In this document: piece after piece, positions 13,801 through 25,800 of the stretch
How positions within the stretch are numbered: position 1 is the stretch's first letter
Layout of the letters: every line of letters begins with the position of its first letter
Origin: Antedon mediterranea
Lineage: Eukaryota; Animalia; Echinodermata
Reading direction: 5' to 3'
Assembly (NCBI RefSeq): GCF_964355755.1
Contig: NC_092680.1
Span: forward strand, 20,717,045-20,781,044
DNA: 64,000 nucleotides
The notes under the pieces: generated by a model
The model's input: only the letters and a program-made list of their open reading frames with translations
The model's database searches: none
What the model was told of the DNA's origin: nothing
Made by a program: the position numbers and the translations under genes

Positions 13801-16800
13801 ATGTTTTTTTTTCTTCAAATGTGACAAATTAATTTGTGACACTATTGATAATCCAAATGTAGATACGAACAGCTTTATTTTGTCAAAGGTTAAAGAGCAA
13901 GCTTATACTGACTGGAGAAACGATCTTGCACTAATAAAATCCTCTCTATCAGATTATCAAATTGTTAAAGAAATTCCCTACTTAGAAAAATATTTGCTTC
14001 AACCATTAGAAATTAAAGCGCAAGTATGAAATTTGTTGCGTTCCAACACGCTACCTTTAAATAGACGAATATCAAGCTGAACCAAAGAAAATAAAGCGGG
14101 TTTATGTCCTCTTTGTAATTGTAAAGCTACTAAAGATCTCAGGCATTTCCTTTTCTCATGCCCCGCCCTACAGAATATTAGACTGGAGGAATTGGCAATG
14201 CTTAAGCAGGATCTATCGAGTGCAATTGATGTATGGAACGCATTTTTATATGGATCGTTAGATCAAAAATTATGTTCTTGGTGCATCCATTTAACCTTTC
14301 TGCAAATATTGAGGTTGCATTCGTTAAACGGGCGTGGACGAAAAGAAATGAAAGCTAGTTCTTTGCATCTTACAATACTTCAATCCTGTATTACTTTTTT
14401 ATCAGTTTGTATATATACTTTGTTTATATTTTTTGTTTTTCTCTTGTAAATATTTTTGTTAATTGAATTTTTCATTCTTTTGTACTTTTATTTTAACTTT
14501 TACTTTATTATGGACGCACCTTTTTATTCGAGAAGTGTGCCACTGTTTCAAAAGTGTAGGCTTTCCAAGTAAATTATTATTATTTAATGTTAAATATGAT
14601 GCTATGGTTGGTCGGTTTGGTTAAAACAGAAAACTCTCAAATGCGACGCTAAATTAATTCATCTTTTGTACTTAAAGTGCTCTACCATTTTAATGGTAAT
14701 AATTGCTAAGTTCTTGTCTTTAATGATACGCCTATTATAGTGTGGATAATCAATTTTAACAGCTTGTTCTGAAATATGAAACAACAGCCAATACAAAATT
14801 ACAATTAAAGATATAACTAAAAATAAAATCAACTATGGTCCTGTTTATTAATAATGAATAGGGCTCTCAATAGTTATAATTTGTACATCTGCAAAATTTA
14901 AACAAATATTATAAAGGATTGTATGCATACAATAATGCCTCTGTATATGAGTATACTGTAAGTTTTCTACTCACAACTACTCTTTCTAAAAGGGAAACTT
15001 GTGGAAAGAACTAAAATTACTATTTCAATACTTTTCAGATTTTTATTTTGCATGAAAATGAAAAAAATGAAAATAATAAGCCTCTATTAAATTTATAACG
15101 TTCTGACTTAGAAACCAATATCATTTTCATCAAAAATATCGATAATATGAAGTAACAATTGTGTACTTTCTTCAAACGAATTTGGCATCGTATAATTATC
15201 CACATCATTTCCAATGACTTCAGCAAGTCCAGCAGCAAAGACCGGAGAGCATCCATACTTTGGAGGTTCATCGCAGTAGTTACGGTTTACCTCCTCAATA
15301 TCATCATCAGAAAATCGCAATGGAAATTTATAATCTCTTGTTCCATATATTTCGGGTAAGAAATACAGGACGTCTGGTTTCCCACATGGGACTTCCAGAT
15401 TAGTTTGATTGCGAATTCGATGTTGATTCCACATTTCGGCTATGCGAGAAACATCCCTCTGGATTAAGTCGTTAAAACAGAATCTAATACATTCAATGTG
15501 AAGTTCATTAGATGTATCTACCAGTCCCCTGTCTCGAAGATCTTTCAAGTGATTAATCCAAAAGCGAGTACAAAGACGCTGTAAGTAAGACCAAAAGGCC
15601 TCGATACGCTGATTTGCCACGGATCTGCCATACAAGAAACTTTTGGCACCACTCATTGAATCGCGATCATTTGATCTTAACGCTACCTGAATGAGTCTAA
15701 TCAAAGAGTTCTCGGTTCCTCTGTCAGCACGGATAACTCTAGGTACTCCGTGTATTTTCTGCACATATTCTAAAAAGAACTGTGCTATATATCTCGGATT
15801 CTTATTGCTGGGACAAACTTTGATCCACAATAGTCTTCTTGAGTATCCATCTATTGCAGCATGTACTGAAATTCCAAAAGGTTTTAATTTGTCAAATCCG
15901 TCAACATGTATCATGTAATTGGGACCTTTATTGGAGTAAAGGCGACGTCGAAAAGCTCTGGTCCATCTTGAGTCCACCCTTTCAGGATCTAACTCTCGAA
16001 GAATTATTCTCACAGTCTCCTGGGATACACTTAAGTGGTAACGTGTGGTTATCAAACGCCACATAAAACGGTAACCCACAGAATCCGGCAAATTATTTAG
16101 AGCACTTTGTACGACTTCCACTACATCTTCTAACGGTGAATGTACTCGACGGCGTAGACTTAACCTTGCCGATATATGTCGTATTTGACGTAAGCTTAAA
16201 ACTATGTCATGTCTTAAAAGCAGAAACCCGATTATTTCGACTGCAGTGTATCCAGCATAAAAGTAATGTTCTATTAACTCTTCTCTCGTAAAATCAGCGT
16301 TGTATCTTTCCAGTAGTTCTGCTGCCGTATACAATCCCGGAGCCGATACACATGGGAATGCGATTATCAAGTACACAAAAACCTGGTATAGGAAGTAAGA
16401 TTAGAACAATTATTTTGGCATTCCAAAGATTTTATTTTTCTGCCAAGGATAGCCATTTTCAAGTACTAAATAAATAAAACATAATTATTTGATTTGATTG
16501 AAATATAGTCGACATTATCACACAGACAAAGCCTACCTACAACTCTGCCTACAGTTTAAATAGGATCTACAATACATTAGTCTATCATAAAGAAAACAAT
16601 TTATGACGTAGGCCTACGGTACTATACACGGAGGGTACCGTATTTTATTTTATTTTTCAAAACTGCTTTGAAATGTTTTACTATAAACATATATTATTGG
16701 TTTTATATTATAAATAAAATACTAGGCCTAGGTCAAAATATAAATGGTAGGCCCTAATATAGGCCCAGACCAAGCTTGTTGGGCACGGGACTGGTTAATA

Positions 16801-19800
16801 GTGTGGCCTCAAATCAATAAGAATTCATATTCACTGCAGTGTACCCTAACTCAAGATTTAACAAAAGAGTATTGTAAATCTAAGCTTAAGTTAATAATTC
16901 TTACCTTCTTATAAAACATATACATGACAGCACTTCAGTGTAGAACTAACCGTTGAAACCAAACGAGCGGAATTATGGACACGTCAATTTGTCAATACAT
17001 GCTTTGCTTGGCGATAATGAATCTAGTCATACCGTTGTTTCTATATTAGCATGGCAATAATCTATCTTGTCATGTCAACATACACTCTTGTGTGAAGTCA
17101 ACTTGGCAAGATAATCTATCTTATCATGTCGACATAATTTTTTTGGTAAAGTCAACTTGGCAAGATAATCTATCTCGTCATGTCGACATAAACCTATTTT
17201 GTGAATTCAATTTGGCAAGATAATCTATCTGGTCATGCCGACATGCAATTTTGGTAACGTCAACTTGGCAAGATAATGTATCTCGTCATGAGATGACGAC
17301 ATATAATAGTTATTATGTCGATATAATAGCCATATTTATGTCGACTTGACAAGATATATTATCTCAACAAGTCGCCAAGTGGATGGCACTTGGACGCTTC
17401 AAGCGTCGAAGTAAAGTCAACTTGGCAAGTTAATCTATCTGGTCTAGTCGACATGTATTTATTAGGATGTCAACTTGGCAAGATAAGCTATCTCGCCATG
17501 TAGACATGTAATGGTTACTATGTCGACATAATAGTCATATTTATGTCGACTTGGCAAGATAAATTATCTCGACAAGTCGCCAAGTGAATGGCACTTTAAC
17601 GCTTCCGTACATTTTTATATATTTTATGATGTAAATTATTTTATTTGCTATTTTGTTGTTATTATATTACAAATAGTTTAAGACTTAAAGTAGAACTGAA
17701 AAATCTTTATATAATTATAATAATCATGAAGTATACAAAAAAAACTAGATAAAATATTTTTCTGACACATTAATAATAATAATACATTTTACTCTGTTAT
17801 GTTAGGTTTACAATATATACTATATATTATTCATTATTATGATATTACAGGTATAACATTCTCAATGCAGTAAATAATCCTAATTACAGTATTTTTATTG
17901 ATAAACAAGAAACAAAAAGTGATTAATTGATATTGCAACTTAATTCTGTAGTAAATTTGTTGCAGTTAAGTTCATTAATTTACATCATTGTCTACCTTTG
18001 TTACAGTATCTTTACATAGTAATTTATGTAATCTTAGGAATCGTTATACAGAGTCTTGAAAATAATTGCATTTTGAAATGAGTAAATTGTTTCATTTTTG
18101 ATCCAATATAAGAAAACAAATAAGTATGTAATAAGTATGTGTAAATGTGTGTATGTAATGTCATACAGTAATTGTGTATTATTGTAAATAAAACAATTAC
18201 CTTAGGCCTATTTTGCAATGACAATGATGCCCCCGGCTGTTGTATGAGGAATGTCACTATTTCCAAGGTACACTTTCCATAATACATATACAAATGAAGT
18301 GGAGTGTCTCCATCCTTGATGAACAAAATCATAATCATAAGTTTAATAATATTGATAAAATCTATATAAGTAATTGATAAGTGCTAAATAGACAAACAAT
18401 AAATGTATAGCAAAACACATCATCTTATCACAAATGGTAAAATATACGTAGTCCTGAAAATAATTAATTTTGAAATAAATAAATCATTTCCTTTTTGTTG
18501 ATCCAATACAAGAAAACAAATAAGTATGTAATAAGTATAAATAATAAATATAATAAATAAACAAATAAGTATGTGTAAGTTTGTGTATGTAATGTCATAC
18601 AGTAAGTGTATAATAGAACACATATTATAGTAAGAAGGCTATCAAAGGCAATGCAATGATCCATATTAGGTGAAATGCCTTTTAATGAACCAATCAATTT
18701 ATGGTACATTTTTATATGTTTTATGATGTAAATTATTTTATTTGCTATTTTGTTGTTATTAATATATTACAAATAGTTAAAGACTTAAAGTAGAACTGAA
18801 AAAATCTTTATATAATTATAATAATCATGAAGTTTAAAAAAAAAACTAGATAAAAGATTTTTCCGACACATTAATAATTATACATTTTACTCTGTTATGT
18901 TAGGTTTACAATATATACTATATATTATTCATATTATGATATTATACCATTCTCAATGCAGTAAATAATCCTAATTACAGTATTTTTATTGATAAACAAG
19001 ACACAGGAAGTGATTAATTGACATTGCAACTTAATCCTGTAGTAAATTTTTTGCAGTTAAGTTCATTTATAATTTACATCATCATTGTCTACCTTTGTTA
19101 CAGTATCTTTACATAGTAATTTATGCAATCTTATGAATTGTTATACTTAGTCGTGAAAATAATTTCATTTTGAAATGAGTAAATTATTTCTTTTTTGTTA
19201 ATCCAATACAAGAAAACAAAAAAGTATTTAATAAGTATGTGTAAATGTGTGTATGTACTGTCATACAGTAATTGTGTATTATTGTAAATAAAACAATTAC
19301 CTTATTTTGCAATGACAATGATGCCCAATGCTGTTGTATGAGGAATTTCACTATTTCCAAGGTACACTTTCCATAACACAGATAAAAATGAAGTGGAGTG
19401 TTTCCATTCTTGATAAACAAAATCATAATCATAAGTTCAATAATATTGCTATATAAGTAATTGATAAGTGCTAAATAGACACAAAAAAAAGTATGTAATA
19501 AATGTATGTAAGTTTGTGTGTGTACTGTCATAAAGTAATTGTGTATTATTGTAAATAAAACAATTACCTTATTTTGCAATGACAATGATGCACCATGCTG
19601 TTGTATGAGGACTTCCACTATTTCCAAGGTACAATTTATCATATTTCCCACATACAAATGAAGTGGAGTGTCTCCATCCTTGATGAACAAAATCATAATC
19701 ATAAGTTCAATAATATTTATAAAATCTATATAAGTAATTGATAAGTGCTAAATAGACACACAAAAAAAGTATGTAATAAATGTATGTAAGTTTGTGTATG

Positions 19801-22800
19801 TACTGTCATAAAGTAATTGTGTATTATTGTAAATAAAACAATTACTATAGCAAAACACATCTCATCACAGATGGTAAAGTATACTGTGTGTATTCTCTTG
19901 CAACTTAATCCTGTAGTAAATTTGTTGCAGTTAAGTTCATTATAATTTACATCATTGTCTACCTTTGTTACAGTATCTTTACATAGTAATTTATGCAATC
20001 TTAGGAATCGTTATACTTAGTCGTGAAAATAATTTCATTTTGAAATGAGTAAATTATTTCTTTTTTGTTAATCCAATACAAGAAAACAAATAAGTATGTA
20101 TATAAGTATGTGTAAATGTGTGTATGTACTGTCATACAGTAATTGTGTATTATTGTAAATAAAACAATTACCTTATTTTGCAATGACAATGATGCACCAT
20201 GCTGTTGTATGAGGAATTCCACTATTTCCAAGGTACAATGTTGATAATACACATACAAATGAAGTGGAGTGTCTCCATTCTTGATGAACAAAATTATAAT
20301 CATAAGTTCAATATATTAATAACAGCTATATTAGTAATTGATAAGTGCTATATAGACAACAACAAAAAAGTATGTAATAAATGTATGTTCGTTACAGTAT
20401 CTTTACATAGTAATTTATGCAATTTTATGAATTGTTATACTTAGTCTTGAAAATAATTTCATTTTGAAATGAGTGAATTATTTCTTTTTTGTTGATCCAA
20501 TACAATAAACAAATAAGAATGTAATAAGTATGTGTAAATGTGTGTATGTACTGTCATACAGTAATTGTGTGTATTATTGTAAATAAAACAATTACCTTAT
20601 TTTGCAATGACAATGATGCCCCATGCTGTTGTACGAGGACTTTCACTATCTCGAAGGTATAATATATATTTCCCACATACAAATGAAGTGGAGTGTTTCC
20701 ATCCTTGATGAACAAAATCATAATCATAAGTTCAATAATATTGATAACAGCTATATAAGTAATTGATAAGTGCTAAATAGACAAACAATAAATGTATAGC
20801 AAAACACATCATCTTATCACAAATGGTAAAATATACCTAGTCCTGAAAATAATTAATTTTGAAATAAATAAATCATTTCCTTTTTGTTGATCCAATACAA
20901 GAAAACAAATAAGTATGTAATAAGTATAAATAATAAATATAATAAATAAATATTAATAAGTATGTTTAAGTTTGTGTATGTAATGTCATACAGTAAGTGT
21001 ATAATAGAACACATATTATAGTAAGAAGGCTATCAAAGGCAATGCAATGATCCATATTAGGTGAAATGCCTTTTAATGAACCAATCAATTTATGGTACAT
21101 TTTTATATATTTTATGATGTAAATTATTTTATTTGCTATTTTGTTGTTATTATTATTACAAATAGTTTAAGACTTAAAGTAGAACTGAAAAATCTTTATA
21201 TAATTATAATAATCATGAAGTTTAAAAAAAAAACTAGATAAAATATTTTTCTGACACATTAATAATTATACATTTTACTCTGTTATGTTAGGTTTACAAT
21301 ATATACTATATATTATTCATATTATGATATTATAACATTCTCAATGCAGTAAATAATCCTAATTACAGTATTTTTATTGATAAACAAGACACAGGAAGTG
21401 ATTAATTGACATTGCAACTTAATCCTGTAGTAAATTTTTTGCAGTTAAGTTCATTTATAATTTACATCATTGTCTACCTTTGTTACAGTATCTTTACATA
21501 GTAATTTATGCAATCTTATGAATTGTTATACTTAGTCGTGAAAATAATTTCATTTTGAAATGAGTAAATTATTTCTTTTTTGTTAATCCAATACAAGAAA
21601 ACAAAAAAGTATTTAATAAGTATGTGTAAATGTGTGTATGTACTGTCATACAGTAATTGTGTATTATTGTAAATAAAACAATTACCTTATTTTGCAATGA
21701 CAATGATGCACCATGCTGTTGTATGAGGAATTCCACTATTTCCAAGGTACAATTTATATTTCCCACATACAAATGAAGTGGAGTGTCTCCATCCTTGATG
21801 AACAAGATCATAATCATAAGTTCAATAATATTTATAAAATCTATATAAGTAATTGATAAGTGCTAAATAGACACAAAAAAAGTATGTAATAAATGTATGT
21901 AAGTTTGTGTATGTACTGTCATACAGTAATTGTGTATTACTAGATGGTACGCTCGCTTCGCTCGCGTACCATCTAGGTCGTGCCCACAGATGGTTCTCGA
22001 ATACACAGTAATTTCAGCGTAACAAAACTGGCGATTTCAAATGTACGTACCGCAGGACTATAGGCCTATACATTGTCGTTTACAGAAACGAATAAATAGA
22101 CACGATGATTTATGTAGTCAACTAAAATTAGCACCCTGGGAATTACTTCCGAAGGAGAAACTTATCACAAAATGAGTCCAAGTTTTTGATTTGGACTCAT
22201 TTAAAGAAACCCAATTTGTGTTTGTATGTAACATTAGGGTTGAGAGGGATGGGAAAGCGGATAGGTACGAAGAGGAACAATTTTTAAATATATTCTTTAT
22301 CCACTCAGTAACGAAATATTTTTTTCATGTTTTATAGGCCTATAAATAATATACCTCTAAATACAGTAAAACATTTGCGATTTAATACTTTTTTTATTTT
22401 ATTTATTTATTTATTTCTTTTAAATATTCATTGTACACTAATTTTCCCCGTGTATGGCAAGAGATTCCTAATTATATTAGAGAACATTCTTTATTTAGTT
22501 TAGTTAAAACTGTCACTGTCATAATCGATTGAAATATTAAAGTACCATGTCACGATACACCACTACGACGTTTATATTTGGTAATTATTAATTAATACAA
22601 ACGTTGAGAAAGAACTGTCAGTATAAAGCTTATTTGTATATAATAATGTGTTTATATATCTAACAGTAGAGCCTATCCACAATCTGGCAAGTTTATTCTC
22701 AAAGGGCCCATATATTTACCTACCGTATGTGTTAAACCAAGGGCTCATAAATTTACCTACAGTACTTGTGTTAAACCAAACTCTGGCAGACTGAGAGATT

Positions 22801-25800
22801 GGGATGTTCCATTCATCGCAAATCAATAGATTTGTATAATCGTATATTAAATCTATCAAAATAGTATTTTTTAAAGAAAATCGGCCTGTCTTCAACATTA
22901 TGATGGTGTACTCTAGCTGTTCAACCGGTTTTCAGCTATTAAAAACAATTATCGTAGGAGGAGATAGGAAAATGCGAAGCCTCCTCGCATTTTTGTGGCG
23001 GGTATTTTTCAAGACGGACATCCATTATACAGTGTATACCACGGTCGGAAAACACCCCTATTTGGGGCAAATCTTGGAACCTAAATTCGTTTTAACCGTC
23101 AATAACTTATTATCTAACTTAATTTAATTAGTAAACAGGGTTACATAAGGTGGTTAAAATCAGTACCGAAAGTACGAACCAACTTTATATACCATCGAGT
23201 AAAAATTATAGAAGTAAGGCGCGATTTACCGAATTTTGCCCTTACGTAAATTTATATATAGATTGTAAATAAAACAATTTCTATAGCAAAACACATCTCA
23301 TCACAGATGGTAAAGTATACTGTGTGTATTCTCTTGCAACTTAATCCTGTAGTAAATTTGTTGCAGTTTAAGTTCATTAATTTACATCATTGTCTACTTT
23401 TGTTACAGTATCTTTACATAGTAATTTATGTAATCTTAGGAATCGTTATACTTAGTCGTGAAAATAATTTCATTTTGAAATGAGTAAATTATTTCTTTTT
23501 TGTTAATCCAATACAAGAAAACAAAAAAGTATTTAATAAGTATGTGTAAATGTGTGTATGTACTGTCATACAGTAATTGTGTATTATTGTAAATAAAACA
23601 ATTACCTTATTTTGCAATGACAATGATGCCCCATGCTGTTGTATGAGGAATTTCACTATTTCCAAGGTATAATATCTACTACTCACATACAAATGAAGTG
23701 GAGTGTTTCCATCCTTGATAAACAAAATCATAATCATAAGTTCAATAATATTGATTAACAGCTATATAAGCAATTGATAAATGCTAAATAGCCAAAGAAT
23801 AAATCTATAGCAAAACACATCTCATCACAAATGGTAAAGTACACTGTGTGCATTCTCGTGCAACTTAATCCTGTAGTAAATTTGGTGCAGTTAAGTTCAT
23901 TATAATTTACATCATTGTCTACCTTTGTTACAGTATCTTTACATAGTAATTTATGCAATCTTATGAATTGTTATACTTAGTCTTGAAAATGATTTCATTT
24001 TGAAATGAATAAATTATACATATCTTTTTGTTGATATAATACAAGAAAAAAAAAGTATGTAATAAATGTATGTAAGTTTGTGTATGTACTGTCATACAGT
24101 AATTGTGTATTATTGTAAATAAAACAATTACCTTATTTTGCAATGACAATGATGCACCATGCTGTTGTATGAGGAATTTCACTATTTCCAAGGTACAATG
24201 TTGATAATACACATACAAATGAAGTGGAGTGTTTCCATCCTTGATAAACAAAATCATAATAATAAAGTTCAATAATATTGATAACAGCTATATAAGTAAT
24301 TGATAAGTGCTAAATAGACAACCAATAAATCTATAGCAAAACACATCTCATCACAAATGGTAAAGTATACTGTGTGTATTCTCTTGAAACTTAATCCTGT
24401 AGTAAATTTGTTGCAGTTAAATTAATTATAATTGACATCATTGCCTACCTTTGTTACAGTATCTTTACATAGTAATTTATGCAATCTTATGAATTGTTAT
24501 ACTTAGTCGTGAAAATAATTTCATTTGAAATGAGTAAATTATTTCTTTTTTGTTAATCCAATACAAGAAAACAAATAATGTAATAAGTATGTGTAAATGT
24601 GTGTATGTACTGTCATACAGTAATTGTGTATTATTGTAAATAAAACAATTACCTGATTTTGCAATGACAATGATGCCCCATGGTGTTGTATGAGGAATTC
24701 CACTATTTCCAAGGTACAATTTCCATAAAGCAGAGACAAATGAAGTGGAGTGTTTCCATCCTTGATGAATAAAATCATAATAATACAGTAATAATTATTA
24801 TTATTATATTATTATTGACTGGTATATCTTTATTCAAAAATGTAAGTGTTTATTAGTGAAACAAGGCCAACAGCCATTAAGTCGCGTGCTACAATGCATA
24901 GTGATACCGGACCGACAGACAAACAGACCGACAGACAGACAGACCGACAGACAGACGGACCGACCGACATAGTGAACTATACTGATCGAAATTACTGAAC
25001 ATGTTTAAAAATGTTGAAATGTTTAAAAACATTTATATTTTTTTAATTTACACGTGCGTAGCCTGTCACTTTTGACGTGCTCGTATAACGTAATTTCGAG
25101 TTGAAAAGTAAGTCAAGAAAAGAGAAATCGGGCAAGAAGAGTGCGCAATAACATTTAACGCGCAGTGCGCGCGCAAAAATCTGCGCACTCATGGCAATTT
25201 TGTAAACGCTTAAAATTGCCTGAAACGTACTCTTATTTCATCGAAAATAAATTTTGAAAATTTTAAGCGCGCTTACGCATGCGTTACATGAGCTACGCAC
25301 GTAATTGTATTGCCATATGATGATTTATGCCCTGAAATTTATGAGTACCAAATTTTATTTAATTGTGATTCATGGTTGTTAAGATATGATTACAAACGTG
25401 ATTTCGTTAAATCGTGCGTAGACCACGTAATTTTTTATTGCGCACCGTGAAAACATAACCACATCGATTCCTGGCCATAAGGAATATTCTGTGAAAAATT
25501 GACTTAGCTAGATTAAACTGATATCAAGATAAGGTCATAAAGCGATAAAACGCATAGTGATACCGGACCGACAGACAGACAGACAGACAGACCGACAGAC
25601 AGACCGACAGACAGACCGACAGACAGACAGACCGACCGACATAGTGAACTATAGAGTCGCTTCCACGCGACTAAAAATTAACTTATTTTGCAATGTTAAT
25701 GATGAACCTTGATTTATAAAGAATGTCACCATTTCCAAGGTATACCTTCTATAACGCAGATACAAATGAAGTGGAGTGTCTCCATCCTTGATAAACAAAA

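Larger units (their letters stand above)
4893..17609. mobile_element. IS3EU-like DNA transposon, about 12.7 kb, inserted in an intron of gene A
   Basis: Long imperfect TIRs (about 4893-5315 and 16980-17609) built from CTTGCCAAGTTGAC sub-repeats. Right end reads ...GCTTCCGTA (TACGGAAGC on minus), matching IS3EU TAY..RTA termini. Flanks rejoin the intron sequence caatcaatttatggtacattttt seen intact at about 3371, 18691 and 21082. Two convergent genes inside. Confidence 0.85.
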
